64,000 nt of DNA from Chrysomallon squamiferum. Taxonomy: Eukaryota; Animalia; Mollusca. Positions 36,901 to 51,705 of the stretch are shown here, piece by piece. A program made the position numbers and the translations under genes. Every line of letters begins with the position of its first letter. Positions within the stretch are counted from its first letter, which is position 1. The notes below the pieces were generated by a model. The model made no database searches, had not been told where the DNA came from, and saw only the letters and a program-made list of their open reading frames with translations. The stretch covers positions 12,710,001 through 12,774,000 of the forward strand of contig CM022671.1 in the NCBI GenBank assembly GCA_012295275.1, written 5' to 3'.

Positions 36901-39167
36901 TGGGTGATCTGGTTTTCCAGTTTCCATTGTGTGTGTGTGTGTGTGTGTATATACTTCTTTGATTGAGGAATCATTACAGTGGATTCCAATCTTTATAAAT
37001 TATAATTATGCATTATATAACATTTTTCTAATGTTTTAAAAATAAATTGTCATAAAAAACTAATAAAGAATACAAAAGTTGAACTTTGCATAAGGGCACA
37101 TTTCTATTATTATGTTTTCCTTTTTTGTATTTCCAGTTTGATTAATTTATCATTAATATTAAACTGATGATAAAATTTCAGCATCATATCCTCTGTTTCT
37201 ATACTGCAGGCATTGGATGTTATTCGAGCACTTAGAGAATCTGATACCATTAACATTCAAAGAGCATATATGAGAATAAGAGTTGTTATACCAGGTGACT
37301 ATTTTACATTCTGCTTTGCAATGGATTTTGTACAATAATGGAAATTGTTCACAAATATGCTTTTGTTGATGCATATACACTGTTATTATTCTAAATATAT
37401 TTCTGGAAATTTCTGTCTCTGATGCTATTACTTTTTCTGTTCATTTTCATATGCAGAATAAAGTAAGCATATTAGCTTCTATACATCATAATAATCTTGT
37501 TATGTTATTCTCTTATTGTCACGTTGTATTTTATTATTAAATATAGATAACTGTAAATAATGTATATATCATATGGAAATCTGTAATACTTAGGTTGTTT
37601 GTTTCTGCTGTTATATCAACATGTTGTTTTGATATAAACTTAGTTTAAAATTTATTTCAGCTAAAGAGGGCAAAAAGATGAGAACAAAATTCAGAAAACT
37701 GGCCAAGAAAGTTGAGAGTGATGATTTTAGTGAAACTTTGGAAATGGTATTTTATTTTTTATTTTTTTCTGCATATTTTGCTGCATCCATGAAAGAAAGA
37801 AATATAAATCCATTTAATTATATTTTTATTTTCATTCTGTAAATAATACTTTTATGTTTATAAATTTCAAATTGGTAAAACTACTTATCTTGTAATATGT
37901 AACATTTGCAAAACATTTACTAAATTATTTAATTTTTATTTATAAAGTTATATAGAATCAATTTATTGAAAATGTTGTCACAGTGCTAGTGTTTTAAGGT
38001 GTTTATTATCATGTCTAGTGGTTTAGAACACCATGACATGGATCAGTAAATTTTAAATTGTCAGTAAAATATATCCACCAGATAAATAACATCAGCAGGA
38101 GTGCAGTTTGATTTATTTATTTATTTATAATCATTTTTTTTGTAATAATATAAAAGAAAATAAACACAACTATTTATTGGTTTTGTGGAAACCTGAGTTA
38201 AAATAAGTTCAAGTTTTATATATATTAAATAAATATGCTGTTAATTACACTAATTTATGTTGGTATAAAAAAACAAAGGAAAAAAGTATCTTACCACATC
38301 CCATTGCCAAATGCTTATCAAAGCAAAGGAAAAATTTCAAAAACAGAACTTGAACTCGAACTCTGTTTCAAACCCCAAAGCTTGTAGAATAAGATTCCTG
38401 CAGATCTTGTGAAATCTGCAAAATCAAAGAGAAAAGCAAGCCATGAGGGTTGGCAAATTTCAAAACTGTTAGTTAGTCACACAAATCTTTTCATATCTTG
38501 ACTACTAATTAATGTAACTTTAAAATATAAAAACTGCCTTTAAAAATTCATCATCACATGTTTTCCTGTAAATGGATATAACTGATGGTCAATAAAACTA
38601 ATTATTTGCATATTGCTGCAGTTAAAAGCATATTTATTTAATATTTGTTGTTATCTTTTCTCCATTTTATATAGAAACTAGACAAGATTATATACATATA
38701 AAAATTAGTACTTTAATAAAATATCTTTAGTTAGTATACAGCAAAAGAAATGTAACTGGGTTTAACATTAAACAAAGACAAGATTATATGTCTTCATCAC
38801 AAATGTACAAAGCATGTTGTTCATTTTCTCCATACATGCATCCATAACCTAACCTGTTTTGACAGTAAGTCAGTTTGTCAGAAGATGAAAAGAAAAGATA
38901 ATTCTTGTGCTAAAATTAAATTACCCACTGATTAGAAACAAAAGATGCTATAAGCTTAGGTTCAGTGTCCGATAAAATGTATATTAGAGACACATTTAGT
39001 GTAATATTTTTTTTTTTTAAAGTTTTCTGTTTATTCAGGTTATGCTGATTGATCCAGGATGTTACCGGGATGTGGATGAACTCATCCAAACAGAAACCAG
39101 AGGTCAAGGTCAGCTGGAAGTGATCAGTTTAAAGGAGGTTGAGGAGGGAGATGAACGACTTGAATGA
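33979..39167 (+). CDS. SBDS: Ribosome maturation protein SBDS, 253 aa, 6 exons
   Basis: Exons 33979-34109 ([31 protein letters not shown]), 34773-34902 ([18 protein letters not shown]), 35514-35714 ([27 protein letters not shown]), 37210-37294, 37661-37746 and 39039-39167 ([37 protein letters not shown]). GT-AG introns, 762 nt in frame. Confidence 0.96.
36112..36929 (+). mobile_element. Decayed, internally deleted Tigger/pogo (Tc1-mariner superfamily) element in SBDS intron 3
   Basis: Starts TA|CAGTGG and ends CCATTG (a short degenerate TIR). It contains a broken transposase N-terminus from ATG 36622 ([18 protein letters not shown]..) and [22 protein letters not shown] (36723-36788), a CENP-B/psq helix-turn-helix. 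Boundaries are approximate. Confidence 0.7.
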
Positions 39168-40710
39168 CAACAAAAAGGTGAATATTCTGAATCACTGATC
39201 AGAATTTACAGTGCAGTAACCTACCTGATCTCTTCAAAAAATCAGTTTCAACAGCCACATTATTTTGAATGGGTGTTAATTTAAAGAAACATTGACACCT
39301 ATTTACAGTGGCATGTCATTTGTCATTTTAATGTGACAGAAGAAAACTGTTACATCACCAACAAGAAGCATGTTAATTTTTGAGTTATATATAGGTTGGA
39401 GTATAACTCATGAAATGAAAGCTCTTTTACTGACCGCTCCCTACATTATTTCAATAAAAATTGATAACATACTTGATTAATATAGACTGACAGATAGATG
39501 TACTGTAAATATTTAACTCTTTTTATTTTAGTTTTTGAGTAGATGATCATTTGATTGAATGTTTTTTCAAGATGTTTGTCTTCAGTCAAAGGATGCTTAT
39601 CTTTATTAATAACTGTGGTGGCCTTAATAAGTGCTTAAAAATGATAAACTGAGCAGTGGTGCTGCCTGATTCTGAAATTAGTATCCCAAGAAATTATAAA
39701 TCATTATGATTTTATGCTGTTTATATATAATGTGATTTGTCAAAATAATGTAAATATTCTTTTGAAATAGGACACTGGATTTGAAGAAACTGAACTACTG
39801 GCCAAAGTAATATGAATAATTTAATTACATATTTGTTGGGTTTTGGGGGAGGGTTTAATATTATCTTTTAGAAAATCCAGATTGCATTTTTCAAGATTTG
39901 AGATTACTGAAACTTGATTGATCTAAATGTTCCAAGATAATCGCTTAAGATATGTATCTATTATGTGAAGTATTTATTATTTACAGGAAGCCTTTTTATA
40001 TTAAAATATTTCTAGCCTTTGATTCATATAAACATGTATTTAGACTTTTAATTTAATTTGTTGTATTTTGCTGCATAAATAAACAGATGTTCTTCATTTT
40101 GTTTCTTTTTATTTTGATCCCAGAAATGTTTTGAGAATTATTTCATAGAAACATACAATTTATTATGGTTTATTATTTGTGAAACTTAATAATGTTATTC
40201 ATGAAATATGTTGCTGGACTAGGTCAAATATACAAACTTTCATAAGCAGGCATCCATGTAATTACAGTTTTAAATACATTCGCTCACCTTTTCTTAGGCA
40301 CAAATACCAGAAGTAAAAAAGAATCTTCGTATCCCATGTCTTTGTTGTTGAATATCAATTTTTCAATTAATGTTATTGCTTCAGCTCTCATTTAAAATGT
40401 GAAATATTTGTAATTTCAAGAAAAAAATTCAACAGAGTAATTCTATAGATGGTTACATAAAAAAAAATGCACATCTCTCACTTAGTTATTCACCTAGCTA
40501 TTTGTTATTCAGTGATCTTAATAATTCATCACCATAATGTGATTGCTACAAAAAAGGAAATGCCAAAGAAATTACGCAAACAACAAATTTCCAATTCTAA
40601 TGTCAAAAATATTGCAAACGAAATTACTTTATAAAATTCTTTGAAACTGCCTATTGCAGAAGTTGTTATTATGCTCACACGCACATGATATCTAATCCAG
40701 AATTAATGCA

Positions 40711-40792
40711 GAAGTCTGTTATGGACACAACAGAAGCCATCACAAACATTTGTCAGGAAGTTCTTTCTCAAATGTTAGAAAAGCAGTGCTCA
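40711..40792 (+). repeat. Exact 82-nt inverted copy of part of MVK exon 7
   Basis: GAAGTCTGTTATGGACACAAC...GAAAAGCAGTGCTCA is the reverse complement of 42968-43049, with no mismatch seen by eye. Confidence 0.92.
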
Positions 40793-41843
40793 TATGTATG
40801 TTTAGATGAATGAAATGGGTACATATGTAAAAACCATAAAAATATTAAGGCAAATGTATAATTGATTAAACTTTTATTTTCCAGATCAGACTGATCACAA
40901 TGTTCATAAATAGTAAAATTTTAACAACAACAGAATATATGTGTACTCCACTATGCATTAGACTATTTCAAATGCTTGTAACATCTGGTAATCTATTTGC
41001 TGAATCATTCATTCTTAAAACATCTCAAAATTAACATCAATAATCAGCATATACCAATGTAAGTAACGTTTTAAACTGGATAGTGAAAATGAAAGATACC
41101 TGTTATTTACCTCTCAATACAATTATCAGTATATGTTAATATGCAAACAGTGTTAACAACTGTATGAAAAATATCTATACTTCAATTGATGGATCCATAT
41201 ACTGATATTCAATTTTGATTTTCAATTTACAGAGATCACTGACAACAGAAGTGATAGTATCATGTTTTAACGTTTACAGAAATAACATTCCATTGAAACA
41301 ACAGATTCAATTAACTGGTGATCTCTGTGAAACAAATTATGCTCTATCAAGGAACCACAACATACAACAGTGATAAATAATGAGTTTATAACAATAATAT
41401 TTAATAAAAAAAAATATTTTGTAATGCAGTTCATTTTTTTTCTACACAATTAAAACACATCTGTCAGATTGCTTTGATTTGTTTTTGATAATAAAAGTGA
41501 AAAAAACTCCAAAATAACAATATTTCAACACAAGCTATATAAAGATATATATAAGATGCAATGAAATTATTTTTGATCTTTACATACTTTAATATTTAAT
41601 CCTAGAGATGTTGATCAATTTAATTATCAATCACCAAAAGAAATCAAATGAATGGAAATGTTTTGATCAAATGGCTTGAACTTTTATATATGTGGAAATG
41701 GAACAATGTGCACATTTTAATATTAACAAGTATTTAAGAAATATAAATTTAATTTCATCTTTTTCTTCTGATAATGTTTGTCATACAATTTGTTCATGTA
41801 ATATAATCTAATTTATATTACTTATGTATGTATTATTTATTTA

Positions 41844-44800
41844 TCATAAATTAATAGGTATGTCAAAGTTTCCAGTGGTGTTTAAATGATGGACAACTCC
41901 TGCACCTCCTATTACTGTCTCCCAGCAGGAAAATCCCAAACCTTCAAGTTCCTCTCGTAGAGATGAAATTGTTTCTGGTGAAGTTTCTGAAATTTTAATT
42001 TAAATTTTATACAATTTTACTGACATTATTTTTTTCTATAATTAATGTTATTATTATTATTCTTTTTTATTAAATGAAGGGGAAAAAATCAGTTATCCTT
42101 CTTTAACTTAGCTTTTAAAAATAGTCTGATGAACAAATTTCTTTACTGTCACTGGTGATACTATGTTCTTTAAATCATATACATCAAAATAAATTTCTGA
42201 CATATATTTAATGTTAAATCGAATTAAATGTAGCATATAAAAATTTGTATGCCTTAATATGATTGTTATTATTTACTACATAAATATTTTCTAAAAATAA
42301 TGTTTGAAAATAAAATAAGCTGGAGGCCTGCATTTTCCTTTTATTTTTATATTAATTTAGAAACAGAAATCTGAAAAAAATACATGAAAGATGGCAGATT
42401 GAGCAATTTTACAAATATTTATTCATATTTTTAAAAACTGGCATCAAACAAAAAAATTTTAAAAATTGTTTCCACTATTTCTGCAAAGTACCTTTCTTCT
42501 GTTAGCTACAATCAGATTACTGTTTTGTTATTTTTATTTACCTGGTCTAATTAAGGTAACTGTGCATCCTCCACCCCCAGCCCCTGTTAGTTTGGTGTGC
42601 AGACCATATCTGGCAGATACCAAAACCACCTGGTCAATGGATGGATGACTTACACCCATAGTTCCAAGCTGATGCTGATTGATGTCAATGAAATCCTGAA
42701 ATAATCAATATAATGCTGACTAAGTAAAATTTCATTATATTCAAATAATATGTTAAATGTATTTGCTGAATGTTTAAAAAGGGGAGTTTAAAAAGAGATA
42801 GTTTAAGACAGAGAAAATTCCTGTTCATTTTAAGATATATATATATATATTATATATATATATATATATATAGTTCAGTGACAAGCTATTCAGAAGAGTG
42901 TTTTGGTAAGTGAATATTACTGTTAGTGAATCACTCTCACCTCTAACATTGTATAGTAATCTGATTCTGAGCACTGCTTTTCTAACATTTGAGAAAGAAC
43001 TTCCTGACAAATGTTTGTGATGGCTTCTGTTGTGTCCATAACAGACTTCATTATAAAGGGATACTAGAAGAACAAATCTGTATTTTCAACTGTTAAGAAA
43101 TCTTTAAAAAATGTTGTTTTAGAAAAAATATATCTTTTGCTTCTTAAAAAATCTCTAAAAAAGGAAAAATAAAAATTTTCCATTCTTAACACCTCTAAAA
43201 AATGTAATTATGACAAAATTTTAGAAAGAATATCTGTTTTCAAATCTTAAGAACTATCTACTTCTTAATATTTACATCTTATGTAGAAATATAATCTTTT
43301 TCTTTTACTTTTTATATGTCACTAATCATTAGTTTTAAAGAAACTGAGTTGAAATCAGTAGATAAATCCATTTACCTGATATCTGCAGGTATATATGATT
43401 CACTCAAAAATCTGAATGAAAAAAACATTTTTTATTGCTACATAAATGACTTTTATAGATGAAGTCAAAGAAATTTTTTATTTTGTGACTGTTAATACTG
43501 AAATACCTTTGTGCATCTTTCTTTCATTCTGGCAACTATCTGTTTTGTGCTTCTAGGTACATTTGTGTTTACCAAGAAAATTCGTAAAGAAGGCATCCTA
43601 AAATCAACAAAATATATTTCATAGCTTTTCTTTCAGAATTAATGCAATAAAATCAACATATTTTTTTATACAACTTACTTCATGTATGCAGTGTATGAAA
43701 AACCAAAAAGTGATGGTAAGTAGTAAAACTCTACATTTCTTTAGTAAATAAAATTCCATGTATAAAATAAACATATATCAAGTCACAGATTAACAGAACA
43801 AGTCTTGAAATAATTGTTTTTAAGGAGTTTAATTACATTCTAAGTCAATCAGTTAGTATTTTGTTACTAACTTTTCTAAGTGGGAGATTTCTCCTGCTTG
43901 GAACCGAATTGCACCACCTAAAAATAGAGATAATGAACCAATTAACATTTTAAATATGTATTTTAAGATTACAAAAAATACTTTTCATGTAATGGTATTT
44001 TTAAAAAAAATTGAAACATAAATACTCACCATAATAATGAATATTTGTTTTTAAGTTTGATAATAATTATTATACATTTATAAATAGTTAATGCACACCA
44101 TAAATGTTCACAAAATCAGTCACGAACATTTACTTAAATGCATAACCCTTTTTAATGTAAACATAATAATAATAATATTAATTCTCACCAAAAGTGCTCA
44201 TTGAATTATCTATTCCAGATGGATTTCCATGAATTATCTTTTCACCTAAGAAAGCCCAGGAATTAATTAAACTGAGTTCCTCTTTAGACCACATTGCCTC
44301 TGGTCTGTCTCCCCCTGCATGTTTGTCAATAAATCCACACAGAGACAGGAGGCCAGTGACTAAACAAACAGAGTATGCTGCAGATGAACCCAGCCCAGCA
44401 CTTGCTGGCAGTTTTGATAAAACAGATATGTTAACAGATGGCAGAAACCTGTGGAAAATATTTTTTTTTTTAATTATTTTATCTATATATGTATATCTAT
44501 GTTTGTGTGTGTTTGTGTGTGTGTGTGTGTGTACAGCCTCTTTGCAGCATATTTGTTGCTGATTATCAATATATTAATATACATTCATGGCATTCTACTG
44601 GTAATGAAATCCAAGATAACAAATTTCCTTCAGCCAGAACTGTATTAATTACATTCTGAAAACAGTTTTACCACTACTATACTAAGGGATGAAAACAGTA
44701 ATAGGATTTACATTCTGAAAAAGCATTTAATGCAATATTATGAATACACCTTTTTGTAACATTTAGGAATTCTAATGCAATACATTAATAAAAAAACAAC

Positions 44801-47419
44801 TTACTCTTTTTGACCTGCTATGCTGCCATAAAGAAACAGGAATGCAACAACAGCTAATTCTTTAGTGTGTGGAGAATTCTTATCAATATTGGCAAATTCT
44901 TTTATCTGATCAAGGATTTCTTGTGTGACTTTGTCAAGCTGAGGTTTTCGAGTATTAACTGTGAAAAAAAAGACAATGAATTAAATTTCTCCTAACTACT
45001 AAAAAATTGTTTCGCAATTAACCTCACATTGCATCTGTTGTTACTTAATATCTGTTTTTGAACATTCTAAAAATTACTTCTAATAAACTTGTTAAAAACA
45101 ACTGAGGTGTTTTGGGTTTGCTATAATTAGACAAACAAGAATGGGATTTTCCTGTCCTAAAAACCATTTTCAGTTTATTTGATTTCTCTGTTTGAATTCT
45201 CCATTTAATATTCTCTGAAATACAAAAAGAAACTGGAAAACGTATTAAAGTTTTAAATTTTTCTTTCTCTTTCTTTCATTTCTTTTTTTTTTTTAAATTT
45301 ATTATTATATTCTCTTACCATATTTTCAAATTTATTTTGTAACTTTCATTCTTATTATTTTAGGTAACACTACAGACAAGAAACTGACATTATTTTATAT
45401 TTTTATTACTTACTAAATGGGAGATCAAAATGTGATTTGATGGTTTCAACAGACCAAGCTGCATGAAGACCAATATCAGGAAGATCTACAGATGTTATTC
45501 CATCCTTGGTTTGTATTAATCTCATAAATGTTCGAATGTTTAAACTGGTTGCTAGAGCAGCCTGCAAGAAAAGATGATGTAATTTATATATCTATATCTA
45601 TTTCTTTATCTATTAAGCACATTAAAGGAACTATGAACAAAAGTATGACATTACCCTGGTTTCTAAGTTACAAAATCAAACTGGCAATTAAAAAATCATA
45701 CAGAACCAATGTATCAGTATTTTCTGTAGTCCCAGGACTGACTTTTCTTTTTCAGTCAGCAGCAAGGAATATGTTATTTTCAGCATTCTTCTACATAAAG
45801 CAAATCCTTTGAATGACTAAGTATTATGTGCTATAATAATGACTAAGCTTTATGTACAGGTAGTAATAATAAATCCCTTGATTGGTGCAACAAGGAAAAT
45901 TAAATATATGATTCCTTACACAAGGTCCTACATTCTATAAGAATCTAATAAATGAGTCACATGGTAGTATCTTCATTATATTTATAAAAAATTAAAAGTT
46001 TCAAAATGCATATAATCATTATTTATACCATTACAGTTTTTTTCTCCTATTATGTGAAATGTTTCAATTTATAATAATCATCTAATTTTATAAATTCAAA
46101 TATATATTTTCTTTAACATGAATCAGTAAATAACAAAGAATAACCATTGAAATTAAACATCATGATTAAGTATGTAACAAGTTTCAAAACTCATTTTCCT
46201 ATAAAATCATCTATAATCAGAAAGAGCAAGAAAAGCAGATTAATTTAATAGCATTGATATAAATAAAATTAGAATCTATTGAAAAAACTGATGACTTTCA
46301 GTCATTTGCCAACATAAACACTTAATATCTAATGTAGCTTCAAGCCAATATACATGTATTGAAGCTTTCAATGAAATGTAGAAATATACAGAATTTGTAA
46401 GCATGTTGGTAACATTCCTTAATTTTAATTAATTAATTAATTGCAAGTATTAGCTCACATGTTTCTTACATCTTAAGTAATTTTCAGCAACTCCATAGAA
46501 ATTAAACAGTATATAAAAGAATCATTTTATGACTGGTGAATTGTAGAGGTCTTTACATTTTCAAGCAATATGCTAACAATGTTTGAATGTAACATTCATT
46601 TTTTCATCAATTAATTAATACCATTAATTAGCGTTAAGTTGTGTTATGACTTCATTAAATAGATATTTAAAAAATTGTTTAAAATCTCACTTGCTAAGAA
46701 TTGACTTCTTAATCAACACCTTTATCAGAAAGAAAATATTATTTAAAACTGAATATTATGCCACAAAAATATTAAATCAAACAAAATCAACGCAATCACT
46801 ATGGCCGCTTCATTTGCGGAGAACACGCCATAATTAAGTACCTGCAAAATACTTGTATGAAATTTGTCACATTTTGAGAGAAATATAAAAGTTATAATAT
46901 ATATATGATTTTAAAGTCCCGAAAAAAAGATACCTTAGTCAAACAAAGATACTTTTTGAAACGGTAAATGCGTCCGTTGATTCTCCTTGTTTATAAAAAA
47001 AATCACAAGTAAAAAAACGAATATAGTGTTGAAATTGAATATATATACTGTCATGATATTTTCCTTTTTTTCTTTTTTTTTCAAATATGTAAATATAATG
47101 TCAAAACAGAAACGAATTAGGGAACTTCCTTCAAGGCAAACAAAAACGTGTCACAACAATAGGGAGACCTTCCGCTGCGGCGCAGAGACGGCATTTGTCA
47201 TAATGATATATCCATCTTGATCGTGTTTGATATGATGGAGTTAAATGAAGTTAATAAAATTCACGTTTAGAAATATATAGAAAACCTGATTTTTTTTTTT
47301 TTTTTTTCAGTGCTGACAATAAAGAAATAACAAGATTAAAATCTAACCTTGCCATATACAACGGCATGTTCTCCATGTAAAATAATTTTTCCAGGAGCAG
47401 ACACCAGAAACTCTTCCAT
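41844..47419 (-). CDS. MVK: Mevalonate kinase, 396 aa, 9 exons
   Basis: Exons 47419-47348 ([19 protein letters not shown]), 45561-45414, 44958-44805, 44448-44189 ([12 protein letters not shown]; [13 protein letters not shown]), 43917-43872, 43597-43507 (NTNVPRST), 43063-42941, 42695-42542 ([18 protein letters not shown]) and 41986-41844. GHMP kinase motifs are intact; 1191 nt in frame. Confidence 0.96.
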
Positions 47420-48097
47420 TCTTAGTGATCCGTTATTGTTTACAAAACGACAGTGAATGGAATTATGTTGCAACAAACACACATATCCTTCCAACAGATG
47501 TTCAGGCACATTAGCATAAATTAAACCCTTTTAAATCAATTAAGGCACAAGCCCTGAATTATTTCTTGCAACACCTGTGTCGTGTCAACCACGATGTTTG
47601 CGGAAGTACAAAATCCATTTACACCTTGTTTATTCTTTCTGCTACGTTGTAAATATGGGTTAGCGAACCAGTCAAACCAAGGATGCCTTTTCCATCTTCG
47701 AATATTTGCATAAGCCGAAGCTGTGTATTTCTAAACGAATGAAGCCGAAACTTAATAATTGACTGAGTCGCTCTCTCTCTCTTTCTCACTTTTTTTACAT
47801 ATATATCAGTTACATCTTAGTCTCTCTTGATGTTTATATTAGTTACACATTCTCTGTCTCTCATTACTATTATTATTATTATTGTAATGTTTATGTTATA
47901 AGTACTTAAAGTAGGTTATTGCAAAAATTGTTAAATTTTAACATGTTCTTAGCTTGGAGCTAAAATGTTTAGGAATATAATACATAAATATTACATACAT
48001 TATACTCTAGAGTGCATGATGAATTTATATACATCTTTATGCCTGTGTGTATGTTTTAACTTAAACACGCAAAAACAAAAAGCAACACACCATTACA

Positions 48098-48149
<52 letters not shown>

Positions 48150-49020
48150 GTAATTACCAAAGTGGTTTTTATTATTACAAACATTTAAATTTTTGATACA
48201 CAACATTAATTTCAGATATAAATCAGATAAAACACAATATACTTATATATTACCGATTTTAAGTAACAAAACAAAAAAATAATCACAATATTTCATATTA
48301 ATTTTTAAATTGTCTTAAATAAAAATAATAAATAAATGACTAAATAAATCTATGTCAGCCAAAACGACCAAAACTGAATTGTTACATACAGCCAGGCAGC
48401 TGAATTTAAAACTGTTTTTATTATGACGATTCATTTATTGTCCCTTTATTTTCTTAAAATATATGTGTTCAGGGGTTGTGTTTTTGGGGAGCTGTCAATT
48501 TTGTTAGGAACAGAATAATGGAAGAGATGTGCATGATGTATTTTTTGTTAATATATTCAATTTTTTTTTTTTTGTATTCAGTTGATCTTCTTTTGATTAT
48601 TTATTTAATTAGACTCTAGAAGACATACAAAAATGTGATGTTGTGTGTGTGATATGAAGTAATATTAGAAGCAGAATAAATTTGAACAAACAAATGGAAC
48701 TTATTCAACATATTTATAATCACAGTTTTCAATAAAAGGAATAATATATTTTCTCAATAGTTAACAATAGTGACAGTCAAAAACAAAATGTGTTATAATT
48801 TTCGTTTTCTTTTAACTTTTGATTTATAAAAATATAATACCAATTGTTTATAAAAAAATTTATTATTATTCTTTTTTTACTTTTCTTTTTCTGTTACTCC
48901 AACTGAAAGCCTACTAATATTTTGTAAGTTATTTTTTTTACCCTATTAGCATTTATAGCTATATATATATAATTTTGATTTTATATGTTTTAATTTCAGC
49001 CTAATCAACATGTTTTTATT

Positions 49021-51705
49021 TTAATGTTTTTTGTTGAGATCCATTGATACCACTCCTTGATTTGTGGTGGTTTTGTAGGCAGGACCTGAAAAAAATAAAA
49101 AATAATAATAATTTAAAAAGTAATAATAATAATAAATTTTATTATAACTGCTATTGATCAATATTAGAGGATGCTCTTTTTTCAGTTTTCTTTCTTTATA
49201 TATATATATATCTTTATGATGATAATAATAATAAAATAAAATAATCAGTAATTTATATTCTGCTAAAAAGTTCTAAGTTATTTGTGATTTGAGTTTATAT
49301 TGTCCTGATATCCATAGAAAATAGCTTTAATATATTTTCTATCCATAAGGTAATTAGATAATACAGAATAAGGTACAGGCTGATATAGATCAATGAGACA
49401 GTAGTAAATTGGACCTTCCTAATGATATGTATAGCACTGGAAGAATCATGAAAATATTAAAAGAATAATGAATCATATAAAATTATGTTCAGGAGTCTCA
49501 AAGTTCTACGTATTTCTTGTTAAGAACTTTAACAGGCTGTTAATCAACCAACAGCAGGTAGCAGGGCATAAAAAAAGCAAAAGAACAAAAAAATGTTAAA
49601 AAATTAAAATAAAGCATTGATGGGCAAGAACTGAACCTTGAAATTTGAACAGTGCACCAGTGGGACATTTTAGAATGACACAGTGTGATATAAATAAAGT
49701 TGTGTGTTTCAAAAACATGTTATAGCAACTTGTTCTGACTGGTACAGATTGTTAGAAAACACAGCAAACTATCTGCAGTCAACCAATGTTCATGCTTTTC
49801 ATTCATATAGATAGACAGACAGACATGTATTTATAGATATGTTGAGAGAGAGAGAGAGCAAGAGCTGTTTTAGGGTTGTATTTATTATATTTTTGTAAAC
49901 ATATTTTCATTAAAACAGCAATATATGCCAAAAGACATGTACATATAAGAAGTACATCCATTTTCCCACTTTTTTTAAATCATATAACAAAAAAGAACAC
50001 CTGGCACAACATAAAAAATTGGAAGAGATTGAAAGCATTTGTTCGGAAAAGTATATACAAAAACGCAATATAATAAAACAAAAATAATCAATAATCTGAT
50101 TTACTTTCAAAATTTAAAATAATAATATTAAAAGATTAATGGTGGTCTAAATAAACAAATAACAGAATAAAATAAATAATACAAATGAATAAAATTGTGT
50201 GTTATTATTATTATTTCATATATTTAAATGTCTAATTCAGTCTGTAGTCTATATATATAAAATAATTTTAAATATTTGTTTTTACCTTTGTTGTTTCTCA
50301 CATTGTCCTGGAAGTGTCCATAACCCCAGCCCATCATCATACCAGGACCTCCCATCATGCCTGGTCCACCCATCATACCAGGACCATAGCCTCCCCTCCA
50401 ACCAAAGCCTCCTCTTGGACCAAAGCCTCCTCTCGGACCAAAGCCTCTTCTAGGACCAAACCCATGGATTTCATCATGAAGTTTAAACATCTTCTCCCTC
50501 TGTCGTTGCACCTCATCATAATCATTGTTTGCCATGGCATCCCACATCTTTTCACGATGTCGCTGCATTTCTTTGAAGGTCTTCCGCCATGTTTTATCAC
50601 CAAACATTGCTCCCATCATCCAGCCCATGCCATATGGGGGTCCACCTCTCCAGTTGTCATTCTGTTTTTCTTGATTTTCTTTTTTCTTGTGTCTCAGTGT
50701 GTTCTCATCTTTTGTAGTAGTAAATCCCTGCACACATATCACTGAAATGTCATGAAAGTGACTGGTTTACATTGTTTGGTGAATTAATAAATTATAAAAG
50801 AACAGCACTGTAAAACCAGATTTAACTGAAAAATAAATAACCAGTTCTTGTTTTATTTTAACAAAGTCTGTTGTTGATGGTGCCTTATTTTTACATTAAA
50901 AATTTAAATATATGGTTTAAAAAATATAGAATGCACCCATCCATCCATATATATATATAAATTATTGTTGCTGGTAATATTTTCCATAACACTTGCTTCA
51001 CACACACAATATGTTTATTATTTGTTTTTAACTGTACAGTTTGGAGATAACAAATTGTTTAGATCATTGACTAATCAACTTATTTAGTAAAAATCTATAT
51101 AAAATATATTTGTCTGTAAAATAAAGTTCACTTTGGTTCTGTTGTTAATGATTATGTGACATGACAGCTGTGAAATGGCTACAGGTGAAATCTGATGTAA
51201 TAACCCAATATAATAACATTACACTCTTTAGAAAATTATTATTATTATTATTATTATTATTAAATGCAAATGGGCAAAAACAAAGAAAACAAAAATTATC
51301 TTATGTTTCATGTTTTTAAACTATACACAAAACTGAAACATGTACACGATAAACACATGTACATTTGTACAGTGACGTACGTTATAAACATGCATACTGA
51401 CGCATTCCTAAAAACATAAATACACACGTACAATTATAAATAAACACAACACACATACATTATAAATACACAATATAATGTATCAGCTGTCAAAATGGAG
51501 CATCTAAAGACCAGCTCTTCATAATCATGTAACCAGAAAAAGTCAATATTTTGTAGTTATTAATTCAATTAGCGATCAGTAAACAGTCTACAAATTTTAA
51601 AGGATATAAAATTTTAAAAAAATTCTTAAATAAAAGGTTTTATAATAAATATTGTACTTACTAACCTAGTAGAACCAATGCGGTTATTGCTGTGGTTTTA
51701 GCCAT
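49021..51705 (-). CDS. Secreted Gly/Met/Arg-rich low-complexity protein A, 186 aa, 3 exons
   Basis: Exons 51705-51666 (MAKTTAITALVLL), 50741-50286 (VICVQG..helical core..GFGPRGG repeats, GPGMMG x3) and 49085-49021 (GPAYKTTTNQGVVSMDLNKKH*). Both introns are phase 1 GT-AG; the N-terminus is a hydrophobic signal peptide. Confidence 0.8.

Noticed and set aside
50286-50741. Resemblance of gene A (helical hairpin with GPGMMG tails) to bacterial ZraP/Spy-like periplasmic proteins, suggesting horizontal transfer
   Set aside because: The similarity is compositional only; the gene has spliceosomal introns and the same exon plan as its neighbours.
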